Origin: Octopus vulgaris
Taxonomy: Eukaryota
DNA length: 64,000 bases
Reading direction: 5' to 3'
NCBI GenBank assembly: GCA_951406725.2
Contig: OX597838.1
Location: 32,426,001-32,490,000, forward strand
Shown: positions 50,811-64,000 of the stretch, piece after piece
How the letters are laid out: the number at the start of each line of letters is the position of its first letter
Numbering within the stretch: position 1 is the stretch's first letter
Notes under the pieces: generated by a model
Database searches by the model: none
What the model was told of the DNA's origin: nothing
What the model saw: only the letters and a program-made list of their open reading frames with translations
Translations under genes and position numbers: made by a program

Positions 50811-51508
50811 CTTTGTTTCAAAGATTCTTGAAAATCCTGAAGACTTTAGTAAATCAAATTTGTCATTATTAACCTGGTGTTTGGAACATAAATTAACTTG
50901 AATTACTGCTAGAAGGTTTTAATTAAGGTAATTTTAAAACAGTGTGTTTGTGTCATAAAATCAGTGGATGGTCTCAGACGGATTGGTATCAGAAAGGTCA
51001 TTCATTTCATCAACTCTGGGAAAAAGAAAAGACAAAGTGGACCACAACAGGATTTGAACTCAGAACACTAGGAACTACAACAAATGCCACATTCTAACAA
51101 TCCTTTGAATTTACCTGTTAAAACGTACTGTTTCAAGATATTTCTATCTCTTCTCTTTTGCCTTTCACTTGTTTCAGTCATTAGACTGCAGCCATCCTGG
51201 GGCACCACTTCGAAGGGTTGGTGTTGAATTAATCCCCACCTCCAATACTTTTTTAAGCCTAGCGTTTATTCTCTCGGTCTCTTTTGCCAAACCACTAAGT
51301 CACAGAGATGTAAACACATCAATGCAATTTCTCAAGTAGTGATGAGGGTCAAACAAACACACACACACACATCTATATGATGGGCTTCTTTCAGTTTCCA
51401 TCGCCAAATGCATTCACAAGGCTTTGGTTGGCCTGAGGCTATAGTAGAAAAAGCCCCCTATGTCACACAATGGGACTGAACCCAGAATCACGTGGTTAGG
51501 AAGCAAGC

Positions 51509-51553
<45 letters not shown>

Positions 51554-51554
<1 letters not shown>

Positions 51555-51938
51555 GGTGCAGGCATGGCTAAGTGGTAAGAAGCTTGCTTCCCAACCACAT
51601 GGTTCCAGGTTCAGTTCCACTGTGTAGCACCTTGGGCAAATGTCTTCTACTATAATCTCAAGCTGACCAAAGCTTTGTGAGTGGATTTGGTAGACAGAAA
51701 GTGAAAGAAGTCTATCTTGTATATATATATATGTAAATGTTTGTGTGTCTGTGTTTGGTCTCCCACCACTGCTTGACAACCGATATTGGTGTGTTTACAT
51801 CCCCGTAACTTAGCAGTTCAGCAAAAGAGACCGATAGAATAAGTACTAGGCTTACAAAGAATAAGTCCTAAGGTCGATTTGTTCAATTAAAGGCAGTACT
51901 CCAGCATGGCTGCAGTCAAATGACTGAAACAAATAAAA

Positions 51939-51940
<2 letters not shown>
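51554..51940 (+). mobile_element. SINE family A copy (degenerate inverted copy at 51165-51510)
   Basis: Matches consensus. Confidence 0.85.
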
Positions 51941-51975
<35 letters not shown>

Positions 51976-53479
51976 TGTATCAGCCAGGCCATTGGATGTA
52001 ATTATACACCACTGCCCACAATGCACTTCCTCACAAAATTTTAGCTTTCGGATGATGCCTCCCTGCTGGTGGGGTAGACAAGCCTATGAATTATAAGTGA
52101 ACAATGTGAGGTCATGACCTTCCTCCTAAATGGGATGTCAGTCTGTCTGGGAGGTCACTCATTTAGTGCTGAGTGAACTGGAAGCAACATATATTGAAGA
52201 GTTTTGCTCAAAAAAATGCAACACATGCACTGCCTGGTCCAGGAACCGAAACTACAATCTCGTGATTGTCAGTGTGACACCCTAAACCACTAAGCCATGA
52301 GCCTCCATGGTTTTGACAGGTTTTCTAAAAATCAGGAAGAAAAAAAAAATAAGGATAAAAATAAAAATCTGGAATCTGCGGAAAACCGGTGAAGGCCCGC
52401 ATCGGCAACACTAACAGAGATAACTGACTTTTCAGGTTTATCAAAAATAACGATTTCTTACATTGGCATCAGCCCATAAATCTGCAGAGAGAGAGAGAGA
52501 GAAGGAGAGAGCAGAGGAAAGAAGAAGAGGTGGTGGTGGTGGTGGCAGGGTGGAGTATGGTCAGTTAGATCAGCTGTTGAACTAGTAACTGTTTTAATTG
52601 ATTCTGTATTGATGAAAGGAGAAGTTGAGGTTGACCCAGGTCTAGTTTCGAACGGAAAATATAAAGTCATGGAACATAATATCATTAGAAGATGTTTAGT
52701 CTTCTGCTTTACCAATGCCTCCCCCTCCCCCTCCTCTTCCTCCCCTTCCCCTCCCTTCATCCCCCTCCCCCTTAATTGTTTCTTATGTGGGCACTAGGCC
52801 AGTGGTTTTCAAGGGTGTGGGGCCACCAGTTGACTGCATTGACAGGCGTGGCTGTGTGCTTAGAAGTTTGCTTCTCAACCTTACGGTTCCAGGTTCAGCC
52901 CCACTGCACGACTGTGACACACCTTGGGCAAGTGTTTTCTACTGTAGCGCCAGGTTGACCAAAAACCTTGTGAGTCAATTGGCTGTGTCTCAGCCCCCCA
53001 CTCCCCATGTATTCTACATTTGTAAACCATGTAGAGTACACCGTGACATATGCACATACATCATAGAGTACACCATATCTTACATGCACATGCAGCACAG
53101 AGTATCTCATGACGTACCCCATGACATATACACACACCATAGAGTACCTGACATCATACACACAAAACAAAGATTACTCCACAATATGCATACACAATAT
53201 AGAGTACTCTCAGCAAACACAATAAAAAGTTCCTGACAGCATACATACACACATCAAAGAATACTCCACGACATACATATACAATATAGAATACCTCTCC
53301 ACATACAAAATAAAGAGTACCTGACAACACACAAAGTACTCCATGCATACATACACAATATAGAGGACTTCTCAAGGTACACACCATAGAGTACCTCAAC
53401 ATGGAGTACTTGACAACAGGCTTACATAGCATAGATGACATACACACATAGTACAGAGTACCTTTCAACATGTACACAG

Positions 53480-54790
53480 CATAGAGTATGTCACAATATA
53501 CACACCATAAAGTACCCCACAATATATACACCATATAGTACCTAAAGACATACACATGCACATACCATAAAGTACCTCACGACACAGGCACATACACACT
53601 AGAGTACTCCCCACACCATAAAGTACCCCACAATATATACACCATATAGTACCTCAAGACATACACATGCACACATCATAAAGTACCTCACAACACAGGT
53701 ACATACACACTAGAGTACTCCCCACACCATAAAGTACCCCACAATATATGCACCATATAGTACCTCAAGACATACACATGCACACACCATAAAGTACCTC
53801 ACAACACAGGCACATACACACTAGAGTACTCCCCACACCATAAAGTACCCCACAATATATGCACCATATAGTACCTCAAGACATACACATGCACACACCA
53901 TAAAGTACCTCACGACACAGGTGCATACACACTAGAGTACTCCCCACACCATAAAGTACCCCACAATATATGCACCATATAGTACCTCAAGACATACACA
54001 TGCACACACCATAAAGTACCTCACGACACAAGCACATACACACTAGAGTACTCCCCACACCATAAAGTACCCCACAATATATACACCATATAGTACCTCA
54101 AGACATACATATGCACACACCATAAAGTACCTCACAACACAGGCACATACACACTAGAGTACTCCCCACACCATAAAGTACCCCGTAATATATGCACCAT
54201 ATAGTACCTCAAGGCATACACATGCACCCACCATAAAGTACCTCACAACACAGGCACATACACATTAGAGTACTCCCCACACCATAAAGTACCCCACAAT
54301 ATATACACCATATAGTACCTCAAGACATACACATGAACACACCATAAAGTACCTCACAACACATACACACTAGAGTACTCCCCACACCATAAAGTACCCC
54401 ACAATATATGCACCATATAGTACCTCAAGACATACACATGCACACACCATAAAGTACCTCACGACACATGCACACACCATAAAGTACCCCACAATATATA
54501 CACCATATAGTACCTCAAGACATACACATGCACACACCATAAAGTACCTCACGACACATGCACACAGCATAGAGTATGTCACAATATATACACCATAAAG
54601 TACCCCACAATATATACACCATATAGTACCTCAAGACATACACATGCACACACCATAAAGTACCTCACAACACAGGCACATACACACTAGAGTACTCTCC
54701 ACACCATAAAGTACCCCACAATATATGTACCATAAAGTACCTCATGACACAGGCACATACACACTAGAGTACTCCCCACAGCATACACAC
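53480..54790. repeat. 111-bp tandem repeat (~10-11 copies) built of agtac-core subunits
   Basis: agagtactcc recurs at 53601, 53712 and 53823 (period 111); degenerate subunits extend left to ~53030. Confidence 0.95.
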
Positions 54791-55299
54791 ACACACACAC
54801 ACCGTAGCATGCCAGATGATACATACATCATAAAGTACCCTACAACATACACAGACACCATACTGAAAAAATAATGCTGCCAAAATCTGGACGCATAGAG
54901 TACAATTTAATATGAGAGAAAACAGAATGCTGGGACAGAACACTGCGCAACCCCAAGGCGACAGATGCGCTCTTGGTTGTGCAGAGAAAAACAGCTGCAA
55001 TAAAAAAAATACAACAACTGATAAATAATTATTTAGATTGAAAAACAAAGAGAGAGAGAGGGAAGTGGAATTATTAAACTTTGACATATTCCTTGGCAAA
55101 TGTCTTACTTCATCAATAAACAGTATATAAATACACACACACAGACAGTATATATATATATGTGGTGTATATATATTATAGTTGGCAAACTGACAGGTGG
55201 TACAACAACTAACACAAATGTCGTTTTTTTTTTTATCTTATATTTTTAATGGCTTCTATGATTTACATCAGATCCATGAGCCATTTCACTATCGTCAAT

Positions 55300-55880
55300 G
55301 TATTTCGTCATCATCATTGCCGTCATCAACATCACCAACATCATTATCACCAGTATCATCATCATTATCATCGTTGCCGTCATCATCATCATCACCCTCG
55401 TCATCATCATCGTTATCATCATCATTGCCGTTGTCGACATCAACAACATCATTATCATCAGTATCATCGCCATCGTTGTCGTCATCGTCATCACCATTAT
55501 CACCCTCGTCATCATCATCGTTATCATCATCATTGTCGTCGTCGACATCACCAACATCATTATCATCAGTATCATCATCATTATCATCATCATTGCCGGC
55601 GTCGACATCACCGACATTATTATCATCAGTATCATCATCATCATCGTTGTTGTCGTCACTGCTACCGCTGCCACGGTTGTCGACATCGTTATCATTATCA
55701 TCAACATCGTCACCATTATCGTTTATCATCACCATCTTTGTCGGCGTCATCATCACCATCTTTGTCGGCGTCATCATCACCATCGTCATCACTATCATCA
55801 TCAACATTGCTAGCATCATCAACATTCCCTATCACCACCAACATCACCTTAAGTGTCATCATAAAGATGATGATGATGAT
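55300..55880. repeat. (CAT/CGT)n-derived repeat with ~108-bp higher-order period
   Basis: gtcgacatca(c/a)caacatcattatcatcagtatc recurs at ~55433, 55541 and 55601. Confidence 0.9.
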
Positions 55881-56144
55881 GGGAGTGGGGAGAGGGGGAG
55901 ACCAAGATGATCGTTTGATATTTAGAAATCAATATTTTATGTTAGAAATCATTAATATTTATGACTGTCAGAATCTTTAGAGTTTCACATAATATACCTT
56001 GTGGTATTTGTTGTTGCTCTTCATGTTCTAAGTTCAAGTCCTGCTGAGGTTGACTTAGCCTTTTAACCTTCTGGATGTTGATAAAACGAAGTGCCATTCC
56101 CCCAAGAATGTTTGACCTTTATTATGTCTGTAAAAAATTAAAGG

Positions 56145-56812
56145 GTTCTACTCCTTAGCATTTAGACTACCCTGTCAAATTTAATACCTATTTATTCACA
56201 TTGCTGTAAATTAATTATGCTTTCATCGTTAATTATCTTGCAGCTTTGAGATTTAAATGAGGCCATTTTCTATTTCTAGAATGACACTGTAGGGTAGGTG
56301 TGAGAGGCCAAATCTAGACAGTTTGAACATAAAACAAGGAGAATATTTGGGCCAGACATGGCTGGTTTAATCCCTTAACATTTAGATTATTCTCTGTCAA
56401 ATGTAATTCTTATTTATTCACAATGTTTTGCATTAATCATGCATTATCTTGTAGCCTTGGGATTTCTATGATATGATTATGGCTTTCCCTTGTAGCTTTG
56501 AGACTTCAGTGATATGATATTTAGAATGACATTGTAAGGTAGGTATGAGAGGCAAGATCTCGCCAGTTTGGACATAAAACAGGTAGAATATTTGGACCAG
56601 ATATGGCTGGTTTAATCCTGTAACTCTCTGCAGCCATGCTGGAGCACCGCCTTTAGCCGAGCAAATCGACCCCTGGACTTATTCTTTGTAAGCCTAGTAC
56701 TTATTCTATCGGTCTCTTTTGCTGAACCGCTAAGTTACGGGGATGTAAACACACCAGCATCGGTTGTCAAGCGATGCTGGGGGGACAAACACAGACACAC
56801 AAACATATACAC

Positions 56813-56867
<55 letters not shown>

Positions 56868-57477
56868 TACGACAGGCTTCTTTCAGTTTCCGTCTACCAA
56901 ATCCACTCACAAGGCCTTGGTCGGCCCGAGGCTACAGTAGAAGACACTTGCCCAAGTCACCACACAGTAGGACTGAACCCAGAACCATGTGGTTGGTAAA
57001 CAAGCTACTTACCACACAGCCACTCTTGCACCATTTAGATAACTGTGTCAAATATAATGCTTCTTTACTTACAATGTTTTGAATTAAACAAGCATTATCT
57101 TGTAGCTTTGAGATTTCAATAGCATCATTGGGTATTTGTAGCATGACATTGTAGGATAGATGTGACAGGCCAGATATGGCTAGTTTAACCTTTTTGATAG
57201 CAACCTGCCTGATATTGCCCTTGGGTCTTTGATAGAAAACTCCCTGTTTTAACCCTTTCATTACTGTATTTCTGTTGAGATACTCTGTGTATCTTTCAAT
57301 TACTTTAAATATAACAAAGAATTTAGTAAAATAACTTGATTATCATTAAGCTAGTGTTAGGAACATAAATTATGACTAAGGTTTGGTGGGAGATTTTAAT
57401 TCAAAATTTATGAAAACAAGACATTTGTACTACAGACCCAGAGCCGGTTTCAGCTGGGTTGGTAACAAAAGGGTTAA
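56145..57477. mobile_element. MITE F array with SINE A (56630-57030 -) and a MITE G copy (57249-57477)
   Basis: ggctggtTTAA junctions; G bounded by TTAA-ccctttc ... aaaggg-TTAA. Confidence 0.8.
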
Positions 57478-57599
57478 AATGATCCTAATTAAAAGCTTCC
57501 ATCAAAATTTCATGTTACATTATGTTCTAAGCACTGTGCAACCCATAAGACAACAGATGTTGTCTTGGTTGTGCATGGAAACAAAAAAAAATGCAAGAA

Positions 57600-57989
57600 A
57601 AAATATATCAACTGATAAAAACATTTTCAAAGACGTGGGCTGGCATAACATCACCCGAACTGGAGACACACCCAAGGACTTTCACAGTTTGGGGGGACTT
57701 AATTTTCATGATGTCCATGTCATGTCTTATAGCCATTACAGTGTTCATAGAGCAATGAACAGCTGTCATGGTCCTGGCATTTTGATAGCCAGCATGAATC
57801 ATCATGATACTTGTAACTCTTTTCTAATATTCAGATGGCTTGCATTCCTCCATGGTGGTTAGCTTTTTTCTCAACTAAAACTTGAATCTTTATGCTCTCC
57901 AACGCTAGCGACTGTTCACCAGTACACCAAAGTGTTCCTGAAAAATAAGGGACAAAGAAACCATTAAAATTTAACCGAAGCACTCTGTA
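57600..57989 (-). mobile_element. Internally deleted Tc1/mariner-superfamily element, DD37D (maT)-like
   Basis: TA-cagagtgcttcggttaaa TIR-like start; N-terminal MEECKPSEY*KRVTSIMMIHAG.. fused to MKIKSPQTVKVLGCVSSSGDVMPAHVFE (recalled motif TKFPxxVMVxGxVSSEGDVMPPHxF). Confidence 0.65.
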
Positions 57990-58016
57990 TATATATATAT
58001 ATAGAGAGAGAGAGAA

Positions 58017-58251
58017 TGGTTGTATACTGTCAACTTAACGTGACAGTCCTGTAAGGGAATTACACCACCGCTGTTTAGCCCTAGGAAGCATCGACGCTTC
58101 CTGTCGGCCTTGACACATTTCCTGTGTCCTTATATATTTACGAAGGGGAGACAAACACCCCCTGGAAGCGTCGATGCTTCCTAGGGCTAAACAGTGGTGG
58201 TGTAATTCCCTTACAGAACTGTCATGTTAAGTAGTTGACAGTAAACAACCA
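58017..58251. repeat. Inverted repeat, ~85-bp arms, 62-bp spacer
   Basis: Arms 58017-58101 and 58164-58251, inside TA/GA microsatellite context. Confidence 0.9.
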
Positions 58252-58308
58252 CTCTATCGCTCCACCACCGTACATATCTCTATGAAATATTTAGAAATTT
58301 AATATTTA

Positions 58309-58339
<31 letters not shown>

Positions 58340-58559
58340 TATAGATATAGGGTAAAAAATTATTAATTTATAATTAATAAATTTCACCAAGCAGTTTCGG
58401 TATGGAAAAGAACCATATTCTGTAAAAACTTATACAAGAAGTTTTATATATAATTATAACAATAATTAAGGGTTTAGCAACGAGTTGCTTAACCGCATAC
58501 CGAAAAATTTAGAAATAGCAGCCAAAAGACCATTATTTCTATTCGCTTAATTATTGTTA

Positions 58560-58780
58560 GCACCAACCGATCGTGGCCGATGCCAGACCCCCCCTGGCAC
58601 CTGGCACGTAAAAAGCACCCACTACACTCGCGGAGTGGTTGGCATTAGGAAGGGCATCCAGCTGTAGAAACTCTGCTAGATCAGACTGGAGCCTGGTGCA
58701 GCCCCTGGCTTCCCAGACCCCGGTCGAACTGTCCAACCCGTGCTAGCGCGAAAAACGGATGTTAAACGATGATGATGATG
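58560..58780 (+). mobile_element. SINE family C copy
   Basis: Matches consensus. Confidence 0.8.
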
Positions 58781-58967
58781 ATATATATATAACTCCAAGA
58801 GAGTTAGAGGTTGTGAATCCAACCCACTAAGGGATAATATCTATCCAATCTACTGCTGGTCGAATACCCACTTATTAATACACAAGTGTTTTTTATTGCA
58901 TGACAATTACATTACCGAGTGTACTAAATGGGTGATGGTAAAGAGTTATTCTACCCTTAATTTATAG

Positions 58968-59168
58968 AGCAACAAGAAAATGGAGGGAATCAATAGGTGG
59001 TATTCGTCAACTTTTAGACATTATATTATGTTAACTTATTTATTTATTTATTTACTAAAATGACAATTACAGTCATTTTAGTAAATAAATAAATAAATAA
59101 ATTGACATAATATAATGTCTAAAAGTTGACAAATACCACCTATTGATCCCCTCCATTTTCTTATTGCT
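58968..59168. repeat. Near-perfect palindrome, ~97-bp arms, 7-nt loop
   Basis: Centre aaaatgac-aattaca-gtcatttt at 59057-59079; arms pair out to agcaacaag / cttattgct. Confidence 0.92.
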
Positions 59169-59169
59169 G

Positions 59170-59215
<46 letters not shown>

Positions 59216-59771
59216 TTATTTCCCCCTCGTTCTGGTCTAACGACCTTCCATGTCTGTTTTCGTTCGGTTTCCTTGTATGTCCCCTTTGTCCTGTTTTTGT
59301 TCCCAACTTTGACATTCCGTAAATCCAAAATTTTATTTTGGTATTTTGGATTTGAGGGAGCAACTGTCTTCGAAGACTCGTATTGTCGTTCAATGCTCGA
59401 AATGAGGAGTAGATAGACAATCAACAACTGACGAAGGGTTGTTCTGTCTATTACTTGTCCTGGTCTCCATTTTTCCTCCTCTTGTTGTTTGCATATTTAA
59501 CACATTTGTTTTCGTATTTCATGTTGTTTACTCTTGGTGATGTCCCGTACCCATATATGCATATACACAAATATATATATCGTTTATATTATATATATAT
59601 ACATATATATATAGATGTACTGACATCTCTTTCAGATTTAATTATATATATAAATATATATATATACATATATAGTTTATATCATATACATATAGATACA
59701 CATGCACACATACAATATGTGTGTATATGCATATATATATATACACACACACACACACATACATATATACA

Positions 59772-59840
<69 letters not shown>

Positions 59841-60174
59841 TCATGAAAAACACACACACATACACATATGTTGATCATGCAAACTATAAACCAGTATTAC
59901 ATATTATTGTCTTAGAAGTAAAAAAATGCAAAACAATGTTTAATTAGCAAAAGGTCTTTTTGTATAAAATAAAACAACAACAACAATAACAACAACAAAG
60001 GGATAAGATAAGAAATGATATAATATTTCTATTTTCAGTCTCTCCTGCCATCTTGATTTCTCTGTACTGTGGTGAAATACTTGAAAAGTCGTCTGTATGT
60101 CTCTCTGTGACTATGTCTCTCTATATTGTCTCCGTGTTTGGTTGCTGCTGTGTCTGTCTTGTCTTAATGTCTGT

Positions 60175-62150
60175 CTGTGGCTATGTCTATCTTGGATTGT
60201 ATGTCTGTCTGTGACTCTGTCCATCTCTGTCTGTATGTCTGTCTGTCTGTGGCTATGTCTATCTTAGACTGTATGTCTGTCTGTGGCTATGTCTATCTTG
60301 GATTGTATGTCTGTCTGTGGCTATGTCTATCTTGGATTGTATGTCTGTCTGTGGCTATGTCTATCTTGGATTGTATGTCTCTCTATGGCTTTGTCTGTTC
60401 CATCTGTATGTCTGTCTGTGGCTATGTCTATCTTGGATTGTATGTCTGTCTGTGGCTATGTCTATCTTAGACTGTATGTCTCTCCGTGGCTTTGCCTGTT
60501 CCATCTGTATGTCTGTCTGTGGCTATGTCTATCTTGGATTGTATGTCTGTCTGTGGCTATGTCTATCTTGGATTGTATGTCTCTCTATGGCTTTGTCTAT
60601 TCCATCTGTATGTCTGTCTGTGGCTATGTCTATCTTGGATTGTATGTCTCTCTATGGCTTTGTCTATTCCATCTGTATGTCTGTCTGTGGCTATGTCTAT
60701 CTTGGATTGTATGTCTCTCTGTGGCTTTGTCTATCTTGGATTGTATGTCTGTCTGTGGCTTTGTCTGTTCCATCAGTATGTCTGTCTGTGGCTATGTCTA
60801 TCTTGGATTGTATGTCTCTCTATGGCTTTGTCTATTCCATCTGTATGTCTGTCTGTGGCTTTGTCTATCTTGGATTGTATGTCTGTCTGTGGCTTTGTCT
60901 GTTCCATTTGTATGTCACCCCGTGGCTATGTCTATCTTGGATTGTATGTCTGTCTGTGGCTATGTCTATCTTGGATTGTATGTCTCTCTATGGCTTTGTC
61001 TGTTCCATCAGTATGTCTGTCTGTGGCTATGTCTATCTTGGATTGTATGTCTGTCTGTGGCTATGTCTATCTTGGATTGTATGTCTGTCTGTGGCTTTGT
61101 CTGTTCCATCTGTATGTCTGTCTGTGGCTATGTCTATCTTGGATTGTATGTCTGTCTGTGGCTATGTCTATCTTGGATTGTATGTCTCTCTGTGGCTTTG
61201 TCTGTTCCATCAGTATGTCTGTCTGTGGCTATGTCTATCTTGGATTGTATGTCTCTTTGTGGCTTTGTCTGTTCCATCAGTATGTCTGTCTGTGGCTATG
61301 TCTATCTTGGATTGTATGTCTGTCTGTGGCTTTGTCTATCTTGGATTGTATGTATGTCTGTGGCTATGTCTATCTTGGATTGTATGTCTGTCTGTGGCTA
61401 TGTCTATCTTGGATTGTATGTCTGTCTGTGGCTATGTCTATCTTGGATTGTATGTCTGTCTGTGGCTTTGTCTGTTCCATCAGTATGTCTGTCTGTGGCT
61501 ATGTCTATCTTGGATTGTATGTCTGTCTGTGGCTATGTCTATCTTGGATTGTATGTCTCTTTGTGGCTTTGTCTGTTCCATCAGTATGTCTGTCTGTGGC
61601 TATGTCTATCTTGGATTGTATGTCTGTCTGTGGCTTTGTCTGTTCCATCAGTATGTCTGTCTGTGGCTATGTCTATCTTGGATTGTATGTCTGTCTGTGG
61701 CTTTGTCTATCTTGGATTGTATGTCTGTCTGTGGCTTTGTCTGTTCCATCTGTATGTCTGTCTGTGGCTATGTCTATCTTGGATTGTATATCTGTCTGTG
61801 GCTATGTCTATCTTGGATTGTATGTCTGTCTGTGGCTTTGTCTGTTCCATCTGTATGTCTGTCTGTGGCTATGTCTATCTTGGATTGTATATCTGTCTGT
61901 GGCTATGTCTATCTTGGATAGTATATCTGTCTGTGGCTATGTCTATCTTGGATTGTATGTCTGTCTGTGGCTTTGTCTGTTCCATCTGTATGTCTGTCTG
62001 TGGCTATGTCTATCTTGGATTGTATATCTGTCTGTGGCTATGTCTATCTTGGATTGTATGTCACCCCGTGGCTTTGTCTATCTCATCTGTATGTCTGTGG
62101 CTGTGTGTATCCCAGCCTGTATGTCCGTCTGTGGCTATGTCTATCTAGTT
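60175..62150. repeat. Minisatellite of interspersed 34-bp and 33-bp variant units
   Basis: tgtggctatgtctatcttggattgtatgtctgtc (34) and tgtggctttgtctgttccatc(a/t)gtatgtctgtc (33); explains the 500-600 aa ORFs in all three + frames. Confidence 0.97.
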
Positions 62151-62580
62151 TGTATGTTTGTGTGTGTCTATGTCCTTCTACTCTGTTTGTCTCTCCCTGG
62201 CTACGCCTATCTTGTCACTAGATCTATCTAGCCTGTATATTTAATTGTGGCTATGTCTAACTCGTCTGTAGTTTGTTTCTATCCGTGCCTGTCTGGGTCT
62301 GGTTTGTAGGTTTGTATGTCTGCGGCTATGTCTATCTTGTCTGCTTGTCACTTGTCAAGTAAAATGCCTCCTAAAAATCATACATACATACATACACACT
62401 CATATGCACATGCATGTACATACGCATATACACACATGCTTGTACATACATACATACATTCATACACATGTGCATACATACACACTCACACGAACATACA
62501 CATGCATTTATACATTCAATTATTTATCTGACACACCCAACTTTTCAGTTATTAATTAGTGCAAGTGGTTCGTTCAGATG

Positions 62581-62630
<50 letters not shown>

Positions 62631-63179
62631 TGATAAAGCAATGTGGCTTTTTTATAGATTATTGTTGTTTTTGCTGTTGTTGCTTAGTTCTGTGTCAGTT
62701 CCCGATCTAGCCGACATTGTGATCAAAGGTTATTCCATATGTGACCATCTTGTCGTTTTTTGTGTTGTTTTATTTATTTTTTTATTTTTCTCTAAACATG
62801 GTGTAAACTTTGATAATTCTTTCGGTGAGATTTAAGATTTAAGAGACACCTGACTGCCATTTCATGCAGATTGAGTAGTAATAGAATATTATATACCACA
62901 ATCATCACCACCACCCCCATCATGATCATTATCATCAAGATCACCACCGCCCCACCTCCACCATTTGAGTCCTTGTCTCTGTCTTAGACATCAGTATTAG
63001 CCACAATAAGGGTGGTATATTGATAAAATTGGTAGAGCATCCACTATTATAATTTTGTGTTTCTTATCACATCTTTCTACATTCCAAGTTTAAAATTCCT
63101 GTCAGGGTCCAACTTCACCTGTCGGGGTCCGATTTTACCTGTCATCTTTCAAAATCCACAAAACCCCAACACTTGTATT

Positions 63180-63545
63180 TTTCCCCTGCACACAAGCTGA
63201 TGTAGTGCTAATGCATGCATATACAGCTGCGTGCGTGCGTGTGCACATACATGTGAGTACTGTCCAAATCTCTGACCAATCACATACAGCTAGCTGACAT
63301 TCAATTGGCGTATCAAGTTTCGGGCATTTGGATTGGGTTTTGGATAGAAAATTCACAAAAAAGTCACTCCTGTTGATTTTTTAATGGCTTTGCAGGGTGA
63401 CTGGGGAAATGTAAAGATGTGTACGACCACCCTTGGACGGTTTTGAATGACCATAGAAAGTGCGAGCCCTCTAACTGAAAAATTGTGGATTTGTATAAAG
63501 GACACACACACAGACAGATATTTTGCCGTTTATATATAGAGAGAT
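63180..63545 (-). mobile_element. Non-autonomous Helitron-like 5' portion
   Basis: Minus strand a|tctctctatatataaacggcaaaatatctgtctgtgtgtg start. Confidence 0.5.
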
Positions 63546-63799
63546 GTTGTGTAAACATTCAAAACATAGTCACTGTTTTCCCAAATCCTGCTGCATTTAA
63601 TATGGGATTTTCATCCCCCAAAGTTGTCTTGGTGTATAATTAGACCTACCTTTTCAAGGGCTGTAAATTTTAGTCTGAAAAATTTATCCTGTATGCCATA
63701 AAATATAGTACAAACCCTTTCCCATACACATTCTCTCAAGCACATATACACAAACATTCTCTTGAACCCTTACTATATTTTCCAGCATACAAGTCAGTA

Positions 63800-64000
63800 T
63801 GGTAAGCCCCAGCCCTTCCAAAGTGCCTTGGATCGTAGGATGGCCTGCTGTACTTACCTTGGACCGTTGGGCGACCTGCTGTGCTTGAGGAGACCTATTG
63901 AGTCGAGTACATCACCATCAACATCAAAAAATCAAATGGAAATTGTAGTTGTGATACCTGTGCTGGTGGCACGTAAAAAGTACCAACCGAGCGTGGCCGT
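63800..64000 (+). mobile_element. 5' part of a SINE family C copy running off the window
   Basis: aatggaaattgtagttgtgatacc..gtggcacgtaaaaag matches 26870-26930. Confidence 0.7.

Noticed and set aside
52458-52760. Ser/Thr-rich minus-strand ORF ending in poly-His
   Set aside because: Largely low-complexity sequence; no family match or clear splice pair.
60283-62231. Three 530-620 aa Cys/Leu-rich ORFs
   Set aside because: All three frames give the same permuted peptide from a 33/34-bp minisatellite.

Overview
Eukaryotic, AT-rich, microsatellite-dense sequence. The SINE and MITE families look like those of an octopod cephalopod (Octopus sp.), which is an inference from recall and not a search result. 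Almost the whole window is transposable-element and simple-repeat DNA. It holds at least five SINE families, two piggyBac-type (TTAA) MITE families in arrays, mariner/DD37D/Chapaev-like transposase relics, RTE and R4/Dong LINE fragments, Penelope-like ends with minimal hammerhead motifs, Helitron/Helentron-type elements, three long palindromes and several minisatellites. The only convincing host coding sequence is a 67-bp + strand exon at 40750-40816 (LCLEPSGSLHVNVELLNGSFSD). It matches the end of the C2 domain of novel PKC epsilon/eta in sequence and intron phase, so the window is probably two very large introns of that gene. Most long ORFs in the supplied track are repeat artefacts. The most unusual observation is a 1.4-kb 30-bp minisatellite with 120-bp higher-order structure that grew out of the 'VVTGALG' motif of a decayed R4/Dong endonuclease. 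It sits in a cluster of (TAA)n-associated retroelements just upstream of the exon. I found no sequence evidence for a new multi-gene system. Repeat boundaries are approximate and not every degenerate SINE copy is listed.
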